DNA of 64,000 nucleotides from Chlamydia trachomatis (GTDB lineage Bacteria; Chlamydiota; Chlamydiia; Chlamydiales; Rhabdochlamydiaceae): NCBI GenBank assembly GCA_945898205.1, contig CAMDHO010000004.1, positions 7,830 to 71,829 of the forward strand, read 5' to 3'. Shown piece by piece: positions 55,207 to 64,000 of this stretch (position 1 is its first letter; each line of letters starts with the position of its first letter). The notes under the pieces were generated by a model. It saw only the letters and a program-made list of their open reading frames with translations, ran no database searches and was not told where the DNA came from. The position numbers and the translations under genes were made by a program.

Positions 55207-55465
55207 CTATGATAAATTCATAACTACCTAAAAAATTAGTTTGTTATAAAGATCTCGTTTCATTCCTTTATCCTGCATTAATTGTGGTTTTTTCGCAAGA
55301 TTCCCTGTGTAAATCGTGAAATTATATCGTATTTTACATGGAAAATGTCGCAACTTATTTGTGTCAAGTTAGTTGCGAAATTGTCTTGGATTTTGATAAA
55401 GAGGGTCTAAAGTTCCCAAATCTAATGGTTAACAGTAATCTATGCGATAAGCCTTTGCAAATGAC

Positions 55466-56308
55466 CTATATAGTCAGAATTTTGTAAAGCTCGATGAATT
55501 GAGCTAAAGAAAGCTCTTCAGGTCTTATCAGAGGATTGAGCTTCATTTTTTCTAAAGAAGACTCTACTAAAGAAGGGGGGAATATTTCTTTTAAAGAAGC
55601 TCTCATCATTTTGCGTCTTTTCCCAAAAGCTGTTCTTGTCATTTCAAAAAAAGAATCAGAATTGCCAATGGAAGGGGGGGGGGTTAAAGTTAGGTGTACA
55701 ACCGCAGACTGGACAGTAGGTTTAGGGCTAAAGCAGCTCGGTTCTATTGTGAAGCAGTAACGAACTTGACTAAAAAACTGTAAAAAGACGGTAAAAGAGC
55801 TATAGTCTTTTGTTCCAACCGGGGCTATAAAACGGACTGCAACTTCTTTTTGTATCATGAGAATAAGATCTGAAATGAGGTGGTGAAGAGGGATCAGCTT
55901 AGCTAAGATTGGTGTTGTAATGTGGTAGGGGAGATTGGCTACGACTTTTGCTTTTTTTCCTGAAGCAAGCTTTTCTTTTAAAAGTTCTTCTAGAGGGAAT
56001 TTCAGAAAATCTTCGGTAAAAATAGATAGGCGTTCACCTTTTTCCGAAAATCTTTTTAGAAGCGTCGCGAGCTCCGCATCTTTTTCTATGGCTATCACTT
56101 CGCATCCAGTTTCTAGAAGTGCTTCTGTAAGAGCCCCAGGGCCTGGTCCGATTTCAATTACAAGATCGTCCTCTGAAAGGTTTGCTTCTGTAATGATTTT
56201 ACGGACAATATTTCCATCGACTAGAAAATTTTGTGAAGCGCTTTTTTTGGCCATCAGGCCATTTTCAGTTAAAAACTTTTGCAATTCTTTAGGGTTACTA
56301 ATCTTCAT
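55466..56308 (-). CDS. rsmA: 16S rRNA (adenine1518/1519-N6)-dimethyltransferase
   Basis: QNFLVD, VIEIGPGPGALTEAL and VANLPYHITTPIL. Confidence 0.93.
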   Translation of the reverse strand: MKISNPKELQKFLTENGLMAKKSASQNFLVDGNIVRKIITEANLSEDDLVIEIGPGPGALTEALLETGCEVIAIEKDAELATLLKRFSEKGERLSIFTEDFLKFPLEELLKEKLASGKKAKVVANLPYHITTPILAKLIPLHHLISDLILMIQKEVAVRFIAPVGTKDYSSFTVFLQFFSQVRYCFTIEPSCFSPKPTVQSAVVHLTLTPPPSIGNSDSFFEMTRTAFGKRRKMMRASLKEIFPPSLVESSLEKMKLNPLIRPEELSLAQFIELYKILTI

Positions 56309-57372
56309 TGGAGCAAAAAGGGTTGGAAGTCTGAAGGAATAGTGTCTTCTAACATTTTAGCATCAAAGCCATAGCGATTTCTTAGTTTAGAGATGTAGAG
56401 TTTAGATTCTTTGTCAGCGGCATCTTGAACAAGCTGGTTTTGGATCTTATCATACATGGAACGTAGTGAGGGACGAGGTGTTTTTGTGTGTGTTTTCAAA
56501 TGAAAGATACGAAAGACGGTAGTTTGATCTTGTTTGCTCAATTGTTTGACAGGGGTGCTAATTGTATTGTTTGCCAGTTTAATTAACACGTCTTTATGAG
56601 CTTTAGAAAGACTTTTGGAGTCAGTTTTCAAGTCTTCGGAAAGCGTAATTGTAAATGATTTTTCTGGAAAGTCGGGCTCTAGGCTTGTTTTAATGGTATC
56701 GGAAATAAGGGCTATGTCCGAGGGTGATTTTTTGCAGAGTTCAAAAGCTGTATTTGCAATTTGATGTGCTATTTCTTCAGTCTGAGCTTTTACTGAAAGA
56801 ACTTCGTATTCCCAAAGGTCTTTAGTGGGATTTTTTTCACAGTAGGAGGCAAAAGCTTTTTTGACGTCTTGAACATTTACAGAGTTAAGCGCTTTGGAGT
56901 GAACTTTAAACCATGTCATTCTTTGAACTACTATTTCTGAATGAATCATAGATTTTGCTTCTTCATAGCTAAGCCCTAAAGAGTCTAAAGAGTCCATTAA
57001 ATTAGGGCCGAATTTATCATGCAAAGTTTCTCTGATTTCAGAATCTGTTATTTTTAGATCTAATTTTTCAGCATCCGCTAAGATAAGTTCTTGATCGACC
57101 ATTTGTAAAAGCATGTCTTTCCATTGAGATGAAAAGTACTGATGTTTTGCCGCTGGGGAATGAGCGTATTGAGGATATTGTTTACTAAAAAATACGTCCA
57201 TTTTTTTGACTACATCAAGTATTGAAATTGTTTTATTATTAACTTTAGTCAAAATCCTGTTATGAATAATTAACTGTTGGTTTTTGTCTTGTAGGAATGG
57301 TGCTGAATCAGCGTTTGCCAAAGGAGCTAAGATAAGAAAAGAGAAACAAGCAATCAAAGTGTATTTTTTCAT
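56305..57372 (-). CDS. periplasmic chaperone, SurA-N-terminal-domain-like
   Basis: Signal peptide. A segment (ILTKVNNKTISILDVVKKMD...QWKDMLLQMVDQELILADAEKLDLKITDSEIRE) resembles the SurA/PpiD N-terminal chaperone module. I saw no clear parvulin motif. Confidence 0.5.
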   Translation of the reverse strand: MKKYTLIACFSFLILAPLANADSAPFLQDKNQQLIIHNRILTKVNNKTISILDVVKKMDVFFSKQYPQYAHSPAAKHQYFSSQWKDMLLQMVDQELILADAEKLDLKITDSEIRETLHDKFGPNLMDSLDSLGLSYEEAKSMIHSEIVVQRMTWFKVHSKALNSVNVQDVKKAFASYCEKNPTKDLWEYEVLSVKAQTEEIAHQIANTAFELCKKSPSDIALISDTIKTSLEPDFPEKSFTITLSEDLKTDSKSLSKAHKDVLIKLANNTISTPVKQLSKQDQTTVFRIFHLKTHTKTPRPSLRSMYDKIQNQLVQDAADKESKLYISKLRNRYGFDAKMLEDTIPSDFQPFLLQ

Positions 57373-57471
57373 TTTTTAATAACGGCAGGTTAATAAGAAT
57401 ATGCCGCTCCTCTAGCTGTAAAGTAATTGGTAACAGGATATAGCAAACCTGATTTTTGAAAAAGATATATG

Positions 57472-58602
57472 CTAATACTTTTGCAAAGTAGCTGCAAAAA
57501 ACCCATCCATCGCTCCCTTTTTAGGAAAAGAACGAAACGGTTCTCCGACTAGTTTTACTGGGAATTTTTTTAAAAAAAGCTCTATTTGCTTTTCGTTTTC
57601 TAAGGGGAGAACGCTACATGTGGCATAAACAATGTGGCCTTTAGGTTTTACAAAAGCAAGTGCTTCTTCAAAAATTTCTCTTTGTTTTTGAGCTGTATCT
57701 TCGAGATCGCTTTTGAGAAAGTTCCATTTCATGTCAGGGCTTCTTCTTAAAGTTCCAGATCCACTGCAAGGAGCATCGACAAGTACCCAGTCCATTTTGC
57801 CATAAAAACGCTTTTTCTTAGGATTTGCATGAGACAGAAACTGTGCATTTTGAATCTGAGCTCTTCTAAGTCTTTTTTTTGCTTCGAGTAGTATTTGAGG
57901 TCGAATATCATGTAGATAGAGCTTCCCTTTGCCTTGCAATAAGGGAGCTATAGCTAGAGTTTTGCCTCCGGAGCCTGCGCAGTAATCTAAAACGTGCTCT
58001 CCAGGACTTGCTTTGACTTGAAATGCTACGATTTGACTAGCTTCGTCTTGAACTTCAAAGAACCCTTCTTTGAATTCAGGGAGTCCAAAAAAGTTAGATC
58101 TATGAGAGAAGTGGATGGAATGAGGAGATTCAGTTCCTTCTGAGCAGGGGAGTTTAGTTCCTAGGCGAGCAATCAATTCTTTTCTAGAGATTTTAAGAGC
58201 GTTGGCTCTGATGGTTATGGGTGCTGGATAATTGCTTTCTAAGCAAAATTCCTTGGCTTTAATTTCACCGAGTTCTTCGGTAAGATAGGAGAAATAGTTT
58301 TCAGGAAAGCTAACTCGAGAATGAAGAGGGATAGAAGGATCGTCTAGATAAGTCTCTGGGGAGAGGGTTTCTAAAAGCGAGACTCTGTTTTCCCATGAAA
58401 TGTTGTCTTTGCAGAAGACATCGATAAATCCTTTCCATCGAATAAGTTTGTATATGGTATCCGAAAGATATTTTCTGTCGTGAGATCCAATTGCCGTATG
58501 TTTTTTGAGATAAATTCTTAAAAAGACGTCAAGAGGGAGTTTTTGTTCTTCAAAGGCATTTAAAATATAAAAAAGGTGGTGTTCTCTAAAGTTTGCAGAC
58601 AT
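57472..58602 (-). CDS. rRNA cytosine-C5 methyltransferase (RsmB/Sun/NOL1 family)
   Basis: VLDYCAGSGGKTLAIA (SAM motif), VLVDAPCSGSGTLRRSPD (motif IV Cys) and YATCS (motif VI Cys). Confidence 0.88.
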   Translation of the reverse strand: MSANFREHHLFYILNAFEEQKLPLDVFLRIYLKKHTAIGSHDRKYLSDTIYKLIRWKGFIDVFCKDNISWENRVSLLETLSPETYLDDPSIPLHSRVSFPENYFSYLTEELGEIKAKEFCLESNYPAPITIRANALKISRKELIARLGTKLPCSEGTESPHSIHFSHRSNFFGLPEFKEGFFEVQDEASQIVAFQVKASPGEHVLDYCAGSGGKTLAIAPLLQGKGKLYLHDIRPQILLEAKKRLRRAQIQNAQFLSHANPKKKRFYGKMDWVLVDAPCSGSGTLRRSPDMKWNFLKSDLEDTAQKQREIFEEALAFVKPKGHIVYATCSVLPLENEKQIELFLKKFPVKLVGEPFRSFPKKGAMDGFFAATLQKY

Positions 58603-58765
58603 TTTTTGTTTCTATGATAAATTGAATTGAGCAGTTTATTTTATAAGAGCGATGTTGTCAATGTATAGGATGTGTTTTTTGTAAAAAACCAAGAATAAAA
58701 TAAGTTTATCATGGAAGAATAAGTGTAAAACAGGTTAAAAGAAATATCTTATATGGGAGAGGTGT

Positions 58766-59224
58766 ATGAGAATTTTTCAAATTTGCGTTATCTATTTGGG
58801 CAGGTTTTTTCTTAGTAGTATTTTTTTGATATCTTCTATTAACGAAATGTTAGATTGGGCTGGCACGGAGAAGTATTTCCTTATAAGCGTAAATCGATGG
58901 ATGGATACATTTCAAGGAAGCGAAGCTTTTTCTTCTTTTATTACAGCTTTGCTGCCTTGGATGCCGTGGTTTTTGTTAGTAGGGATCGTTTTTAAGTTGG
59001 TAGGGGCTTTTTTGCTTATTTTAGGCTGTCATGTGCGTTTAGGAGCTAGTTTACTTATTTTGTTTTTAGTTCCAATGACTTGGATTGTACATGGGTTTTG
59101 GGATCTTCCAGAGCAAAGTAAGCCAATTGAAATGGTTATGTTTATGAAAAACTTAAGTATTTTAGGTGGTTTATTAGTTGTTCTTGCATTTGGTAAAGGG
59201 AAGTCTTTTTTAAAAAGTGATTAG
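58766..59224 (+). CDS. DoxX-family small membrane protein
   Basis: Four hydrophobic helices. The size and pattern (LGRFFLSSIFLISSINEM..., LVGAFLLILG, ILGGLLVV) are compatible with DoxX. Confidence 0.5.
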   Translation: MRIFQICVIYLGRFFLSSIFLISSINEMLDWAGTEKYFLISVNRWMDTFQGSEAFSSFITALLPWMPWFLLVGIVFKLVGAFLLILGCHVRLGASLLILFLVPMTWIVHGFWDLPEQSKPIEMVMFMKNLSILGGLLVVLAFGKGKSFLKSD

Positions 59225-60902
59225 AACACTCTTTCAATCTATTAGTCTTCTTTGTGTTGCGTTAGGTCAACCCGCATTTTTTTCTTGGTTAGGGCCGTTT
59301 GCCTCAACCTTAGGGTTTGCTTTATTTTGGAGGACACTAGGGGGCGTGTCATTGCAGAAAATAGGCAAGATTTCCTTTTTATGGTTTTTTTTAGTCCAAC
59401 TTATTCAACTTTCTTGGATGGCTAATTTAGAATATCAAGGAATTTATATCTTAGTTGTATATTTTATATTGTCGGCAGGGCTAGCCTGGCAATTTTCTTT
59501 TATGACAAAGATAATGCATAAAGCATCATGCGTTGATTGGCTTTTTATGGCTGCTATGGCAGCCCTTTGGACTTTATTTGAATGGGGTCGATTGCATGTT
59601 TTATGTGGGTTTGCTTTTAATTTTTTGGGACTTTCTTTAAGTTGTTATAATTTCCCATTGCAGATGGCTTCTTTATTTGGGGTTCTTGGGATGTCTTTTT
59701 GGGTAATGCTGAGTAACTTAGCGGCTTGGCGGTTTTTTCGGGTTCCCTCGCTTTTTCATGGGATTAAGTGGGTTATTTTAGTGTCTATTCCATATCTTTA
59801 TGGTTTTTTTTATGTTGGCTATTATAACCAAAAGCATTTGCAAGGTAATCAAGATTCATATTCTATTTTGTTAATGCAAACAGGTGTCAGTCCGGCTCAA
59901 AAATATAGTTTGAAAGGGAGAGAGCAGGAGTTTGTGTCTCCCATGGATCAGTGGGACCGAATTTTAGAGTCGATTTCTTTACAAAAAGAAACCTTTTTAG
60001 ATCTTCTTGTTTTACCTGAAGCGGCTGTTCCTTTCGGTCTTGACTTATACATATATACTAGTAAAGAGGTAAGGTCTTTATTTAGTCGACATTTTGGAGA
60101 GCATGTACTTTCTTTTTTCCCCCCTCAAAAAAAACCGTTTGCTTTAAGAGAAAGGGTGTCGAATGCGTACATATTGCAAACTCTTGCTAATTTTTTTAAT
60201 GCCCCGGTTTTATCTGGACTAGACTATCAATCAGGTGATGGAGAATTTTATAACTCTGCTTTTTATTTTGAACCGAATTCTTTTTTTCCTAAAAGATATG
60301 ATAAGAGGGTTCTTCTTCCTTTGGCAGAATATATGCCGTTTTCCTTTTTAAATGGACTTAGTCAATATTATGGAATTAAAGATTTTTTTACTCGAGGAAG
60401 AGAATCTAAAGTTTTTTCTGAGTCTTTTTTAATTTCTCCATCTATTTGTTATGAGGAGCTTTTTCCATCTTTAATGAGAGAAGGACGTCTCCATGGAGCG
60501 CAGCTTTTTGTAAATCTATCTAATGACGGGTATTATCCGTCTTCAAGACTACCCATTCAACATTTTACCCAAGGGTTAATACGAGGAGTCGAAAATGGAG
60601 TTCCTTTGGTGAGATCTTGTAATACAGGGGTAACTGCTGCTGTGGATTGCTTAGGAAGGGTTATAGGGAAGTTGGAAGATGAAAAAGGAAGTGTTGAAAA
60701 TGTGTCGGGATGTTTATTTGTTCAAGTGCCTAGAGATCATCATATAACAGGATTTGTTTTATGGGGTGAATATCCTTTGATTTTAGCTTGTTTCTTTTTT
60801 ATTTTGGTTGCGGCGATAAGGTCATTTAAAAAGAGGTTTCCTTCGACTCAACATTCTAGAGAGATGGAAATAGAGCTTGATGAAAATAGAGGAAGTGGGT
60901 AA
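59217..60902 (+). CDS. lnt: apolipoprotein N-acyltransferase
   Basis: N-terminal multi-TM region plus a C-terminal CN-hydrolase domain (LLVLPEAAVP, ICYEELFP, NDGYY). Confidence 0.88.
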   Translation: MIRTLFQSISLLCVALGQPAFFSWLGPFASTLGFALFWRTLGGVSLQKIGKISFLWFFLVQLIQLSWMANLEYQGIYILVVYFILSAGLAWQFSFMTKIMHKASCVDWLFMAAMAALWTLFEWGRLHVLCGFAFNFLGLSLSCYNFPLQMASLFGVLGMSFWVMLSNLAAWRFFRVPSLFHGIKWVILVSIPYLYGFFYVGYYNQKHLQGNQDSYSILLMQTGVSPAQKYSLKGREQEFVSPMDQWDRILESISLQKETFLDLLVLPEAAVPFGLDLYIYTSKEVRSLFSRHFGEHVLSFFPPQKKPFALRERVSNAYILQTLANFFNAPVLSGLDYQSGDGEFYNSAFYFEPNSFFPKRYDKRVLLPLAEYMPFSFLNGLSQYYGIKDFFTRGRESKVFSESFLISPSICYEELFPSLMREGRLHGAQLFVNLSNDGYYPSSRLPIQHFTQGLIRGVENGVPLVRSCNTGVTAAVDCLGRVIGKLEDEKGSVENVSGCLFVQVPRDHHITGFVLWGEYPLILACFFFILVAAIRSFKKRFPSTQHSREMEIELDENRGSG

Positions 60903-61031
60903 TTTCTACACCTGAATTATTGATTTAGTTTTAGAAAAATAGTCATTTAAATATTAAAATTAGGGGTTTTTTTGTCTTTTTCTAGTAAGACGGCTTTAGA
61001 CGTAAATCTTTGTCTAGAGAGGAAGGTAAGG

Positions 61032-61874
61032 ATGGCGAAGACTCTTCAAAAAGAAGTTAGAGCAAAAGGCAAAGGTCTTTTTACAGGGATGGATGCAGAG
61101 ATTGCGTTAATTCCAGCTCCAGAAGGGACGGGTATACTATTTCAAAGGGTTGATTTAGAAGGGTTCCCTTTGTTTCGAGTTTCGTTAGAGTTAGTACAAG
61201 GAACCCCGCGATGTACTATCATTGGCAACGAAGTTTTTTCAGTGCAAACAATAGAGCATCTTATGGCAGCTTTATGTGCATATCAGGTGGATAATGTGCT
61301 TATTCAACTTTCAGGTCCTGAGGTTCCTATTTTTGATGGGAGTTCTTTGGTTTTCGTTCAAATGCTTGAATTAGCGGGTCTTGTAAGTCAGTTAGAGGAA
61401 AAGCAAATATATCAATTGCAAAAACCTGTATTTTGTTCTGAAAAAGATGCTTTACTCATAGCCTTGCCTTGTGAAGAGTTCAAAATTAGCTATACTCTTC
61501 AATACCCCAATGACTCTTGTATAGGGACTCAATTTTATTCAACAGGAGTTCAAAAAGAGCTGTTCCAGCACAATATAGCTCCTTGTAGAACTTTTTCTGT
61601 ATATGAAGAGGTTTCTTCTTTAATTGAAAAAGGATTGCTTAAAGGTGGGAGTTTAGAAAATGCAATAGTCATTAAAAACAACCAGGTTATGAATTCTGAA
61701 GGGCTTCGTTTTTCAGATGAAATGGTTCGTCATAAGATTTTAGATATGATCGGTGATTTATATTTAATGGGGATTTCATTTTCTGCGCATGTCATAGCAA
61801 TTCGGTCTGGACATTGTATGAACAATGCTTTTGCTAATACATTATTCAATCATTTTAAAGGGGGGGAGTTGTAA
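61032..61874 (+). CDS. lpxC: UDP-3-O-acyl-N-acetylglucosamine deacetylase
   Basis: TLQKEV...GKGLFTG, TIEHLMAAL, PIFDGSS and HKILDMIGDLYL. The start is placed at Met21 (ATG at 61032), which is preceded by GGAAGG. Confidence 0.93.
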   Translation: MAKTLQKEVRAKGKGLFTGMDAEIALIPAPEGTGILFQRVDLEGFPLFRVSLELVQGTPRCTIIGNEVFSVQTIEHLMAALCAYQVDNVLIQLSGPEVPIFDGSSLVFVQMLELAGLVSQLEEKQIYQLQKPVFCSEKDALLIALPCEEFKISYTLQYPNDSCIGTQFYSTGVQKELFQHNIAPCRTFSVYEEVSSLIEKGLLKGGSLENAIVIKNNQVMNSEGLRFSDEMVRHKILDMIGDLYLMGISFSAHVIAIRSGHCMNNAFANTLFNHFKGGEL

Positions 61875-61879
61875 AGATA

Positions 61880-62341
61880 ATGGAATCATCAAAACAGCCT
61901 GTAGTATTTAATATAAAAGAAATTTTAGATATCTTGCCACATAGATATCCTTTTCTACTTGTTGATAAGATTACGCATCTTGATTTAGAAGCGAATTTGA
62001 TCATAGGGCAAAAAAATGTTACAATGAATGAACAGTTTTTTCAGGGGCATTTTCCGGGGACTCCGATCATGCCTGGAGTTCTTATTTTGGAAGCCTTGGC
62101 GCAGACAGGAGGGATTCTAGTTCATCAGAAGGGATATGGACATAAGATTGCTTTATTATTAAATATTAAAAATGCAAAATTTCGGAAGCCCGTGACTCCT
62201 GGGGATGTTCTAATGTTGGAAGCTAGGGGGACTCATTTGAGTAATACAGGAGGAAAAGTAATAGCTCGAGCTTTGGTTAATGATCAATTAGCTGTTGAGG
62301 CGGAAATTTCTTTTGTTTTATTAGATAAGAAGCAACTTTAA
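61880..62341 (+). CDS. fabZ: 3-hydroxyacyl-ACP dehydratase
   Basis: LPHRYPFLLVDKI and FFQGHFPGTPIMPGVLILEALAQ. Confidence 0.95.
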   Translation: MESSKQPVVFNIKEILDILPHRYPFLLVDKITHLDLEANLIIGQKNVTMNEQFFQGHFPGTPIMPGVLILEALAQTGGILVHQKGYGHKIALLLNIKNAKFRKPVTPGDVLMLEARGTHLSNTGGKVIARALVNDQLAVEAEISFVLLDKKQL

Positions 62342-62369
62342 AATTTATTAACATATACATAGAGAATAG

Positions 62370-63224
62370 ATGAAAATGTCTAAGTCTAATATACATCCTA
62401 CTGCAATAGTAGAGCAAGGCGCGGAAATAGGTCAAAATGTTACGATCGAAGCCTATGCGGTAGTCAAGGGAACAGTTACACTAAAAGATAATGTTGTCAT
62501 TAAATCATTTGCTTATATCGATGGGAATACAACTATAGGAGAGGGGACTGTTATTTGGCCTTCTGCGAGTATTGGCACGAAAACGCAAGATTTGAAGTTT
62601 CAAGGTGAAAAGACGTATGTGGTGATTGGTAAAAACTGTGAAATTCGAGAGTTTGTGACAATCAATTCGTCATGCTTGGAGGGGTCTTCTGTGAAAGTAG
62701 GAGATAATTGTCTTCTCATGGCTTATTGTCATGTAGCGCACAATTGTGAAATTGGGAATCACGTTATCATGGCCAATGGTGCTATGTTAGCAGGGCATGT
62801 GATTGTTGAAGATTATGCAATTATAGGGGGAATGACCCCAATTCATCAGTTTTGTCGAATAGGTCGAAATGCTATGGTAGGTGGGTTAAGTCGAATTACT
62901 CATGATATTCCGCCTTATACAATTGGAGCTGGGTCCCCTTATAAAATAGGAGGTCTTAATATAGTAGGATTGAAAAGGAAAGGATTTTCGTTCGAAGAAA
63001 GGAAATCTCTTCATCAAGCATTTAAAATTACATATCGGTTAGGATTGAACTTTTCAGATGCGTTAGAGTTGATAAAAAAACAAGTTCCTTTAAATGAGCA
63101 TGTAGAGCACTGGTTAGATTTTTGTCATGCTTCTAAAAGAGGTTTGATTGGCTTGAATAGTTCAGAAAGTTCTTTGCATGAGGAAGAGGATGAGTTAGAA
63201 GAGGTTTTGGAAGCAAAAGTTTAA
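62370..63224 (+). CDS. lpxA: acyl-ACP:UDP-N-acetylglucosamine O-acyltransferase
   Basis: IHPTAIVEQGAEIGQNVTI hexapeptide repeats, HVAHNCEIGNHVIMAN and the C-terminal helical domain. Confidence 0.93.
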   Translation: MKMSKSNIHPTAIVEQGAEIGQNVTIEAYAVVKGTVTLKDNVVIKSFAYIDGNTTIGEGTVIWPSASIGTKTQDLKFQGEKTYVVIGKNCEIREFVTINSSCLEGSSVKVGDNCLLMAYCHVAHNCEIGNHVIMANGAMLAGHVIVEDYAIIGGMTPIHQFCRIGRNAMVGGLSRITHDIPPYTIGAGSPYKIGGLNIVGLKRKGFSFEERKSLHQAFKITYRLGLNFSDALELIKKQVPLNEHVEHWLDFCHASKRGLIGLNSSESSLHEEEDELEEVLEAKV

Positions 63225-63236
63225 CCTGTCGATTTT

Positions 63237-64000
63237 ATGAAAATTATGAGAATTATATTTTTTGGAACTTCGCAGTTTTCTGCGGAAATCTTGAGTTTTT
63301 TGAAGACCCTTCCTGTTGAAATTGTCGCTATTGTGACTCGAACGGACAAACCTCAAGGTAGGGATTTAAAGTTAGGCATGTCTCCTGTGAAGCAAAGATC
63401 TCTTGCTTTTTTTCCTGAGGTCCCGTTATTACAACCGGAAAAAGCTTCTTCAGAGGTTTTTTGTGATAAACTGCATTCTTTTAATGCTGATTTGTTTTTT
63501 GTGGTAGCATATGGAGAAATTTTAAAAAGTAACATTCTCGAAATTCCGTCAAAAGGTTGCGTTAATGTTCATACTAGTTTACTCCCTAAGTATAGAGGAG
63601 CTGCACCAATTCAAAGATGTTTAATGAGTGGTGAGACTGTTTCTGGAGTTACATTTATGGAAATGGTTTTAAAGATGGACGCGGGAGATGTTTTGTTGCA
63701 GGAAAAGGTGAGCATCCCTTTGGAAATGAACGCGGCCTTATTAGAAGAGGCACTATTGACGGCTTCAAAAAAAAGATTGCCTGAGTTTCTTGCCAATTTG
63801 GATGTCTATCGCTCTCAAAAAAGTACTCAACCGGAATCTGAAGTTACATTTGCAGCTAAAATTACATCTGAAGATTGTTTGCTTAATCCTAGGGAAAATT
63901 CGGAATTTCTCCATAACCAGATACGTGGGTTATCTCCTTTCCCAGGTGCATATGTTAAAGTTCAGTTTGGGCCTCAAATTAAACGATTAAAAATTTTAAA
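63237..64000 (+). CDS. fmt: methionyl-tRNA formyltransferase (3' end beyond the window)
   Basis: Absent from the ORF track because no stop is reached. My translation from the ATG at 63237 is MKIMRIIFFGTSQFSAEIL...VAIVTRTDKPQGRDLKL...FFVVAYGEILK...VNVHTSLLPKYRGAAPIQRCLMSGETVSGVTFMEMVLKMDAGDVL, which carries the classic Fmt motifs (HxSLLPxxRG, MDAG). Confidence 0.9.
   Translation, partial: MKIMRIIFFGTSQFSAEILSFLKTLPVEIVAIVTRTDKPQGRDLKLGMSPVKQRSLAFFPEVPLLQPEKASSEVFCDKLHSFNADLFFVVAYGEILKSNILEIPSKGCVNVHTSLLPKYRGAAPIQRCLMSGETVSGVTFMEMVLKMDAGDVLLQEKVSIPLEMNAALLEEALLTASKKRLPEFLANLDVYRSQKSTQPESEVTFAAKITSEDCLLNPRENSEFLHNQIRGLSPFPGAYVKVQFGPQIKRLKIL

Noticed and set aside
1-64000. CRISPR arrays, rRNA operons, prophage or conjugative modules, and canonical defence systems (restriction-modification, toxin-antitoxin pairs with recognisable families, Cas genes).
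   Set aside because: I saw no regularly spaced direct repeats. The only tandem repeat is the 9-bp coding repeat at 17661-17696. I recognised no rRNA-like sequence and no signature proteins of these systems in any of the translations. This is an eye scan, so short or degenerate elements could have been missed.

Overview
This is an AT-rich bacterial chromosomal window, densely coding on both strands. I found no rRNA and no CRISPR array, and I recognised one tRNA.

Gene content and gene order point to a member of the phylum Chlamydiae, probably an environmental or amoeba-associated lineage (Parachlamydiaceae-like). This is inference from my memory of Chlamydia trachomatis gene order, not a search result. 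The supporting observations are:
- Conserved blocks: gltX / tsp / euo-like / recJ / fused secDF; uppS-cdsA-cmk-plsC; trxA ... mip-aspS-hisS ... uhpC-dnaE; lnt-lpxC-fabZ-lpxA-fmt.
- A 1501-aa SecD/SecF fusion.
- A UhpC hexose-phosphate transporter.
- A Mip-type FKBP.
- A small protein with a bilobed hydrophobic domain, as in inclusion-membrane (Inc) proteins.

Several lineage-specific or unusual elements are interleaved with this housekeeping backbone:
1. A roughly 5.5-kb accessory insertion between gltX and tsp. It carries an AAA+/DUF4143-type ATPase, a tandem pair of ankyrin-repeat proteins and an IS transposase remnant. Each ankyrin protein has a His...Cys permuted-papain (PPPDE/DeSI- or LRAT-like) domain and a C-terminal membrane region. 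These are the best candidates here for a new host-targeting effector family.
2. A membrane LtaS/sulfatase-family enzyme fused to a eukaryote-like (F-box-partner type) leucine-rich-repeat domain.
3. A glutamate/dicarboxylate-type secondary transporter fused, through an extra TM helix, to an ABC-type family-3 solute-binding domain.
4. A membrane-anchored thioredoxin paralogue with a CGPF (mono-cysteine) site, next to canonical trxA and a tRNA-Leu.
5. A class-C beta-lactamase-family serine hydrolase whose signal-anchor exon-like 5' part is separated from the body by a G10 homopolymer frameshift.
6. An orphan three-gene cluster at the left edge, an unannotated 39-aa lipoprotein ORF, a 28-bp perfect palindrome inside trmL, and a roughly 0.5-kb gene-free gap holding frame-broken ORF remnants.

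All family calls come from motifs read in the supplied translations. No database search was possible.
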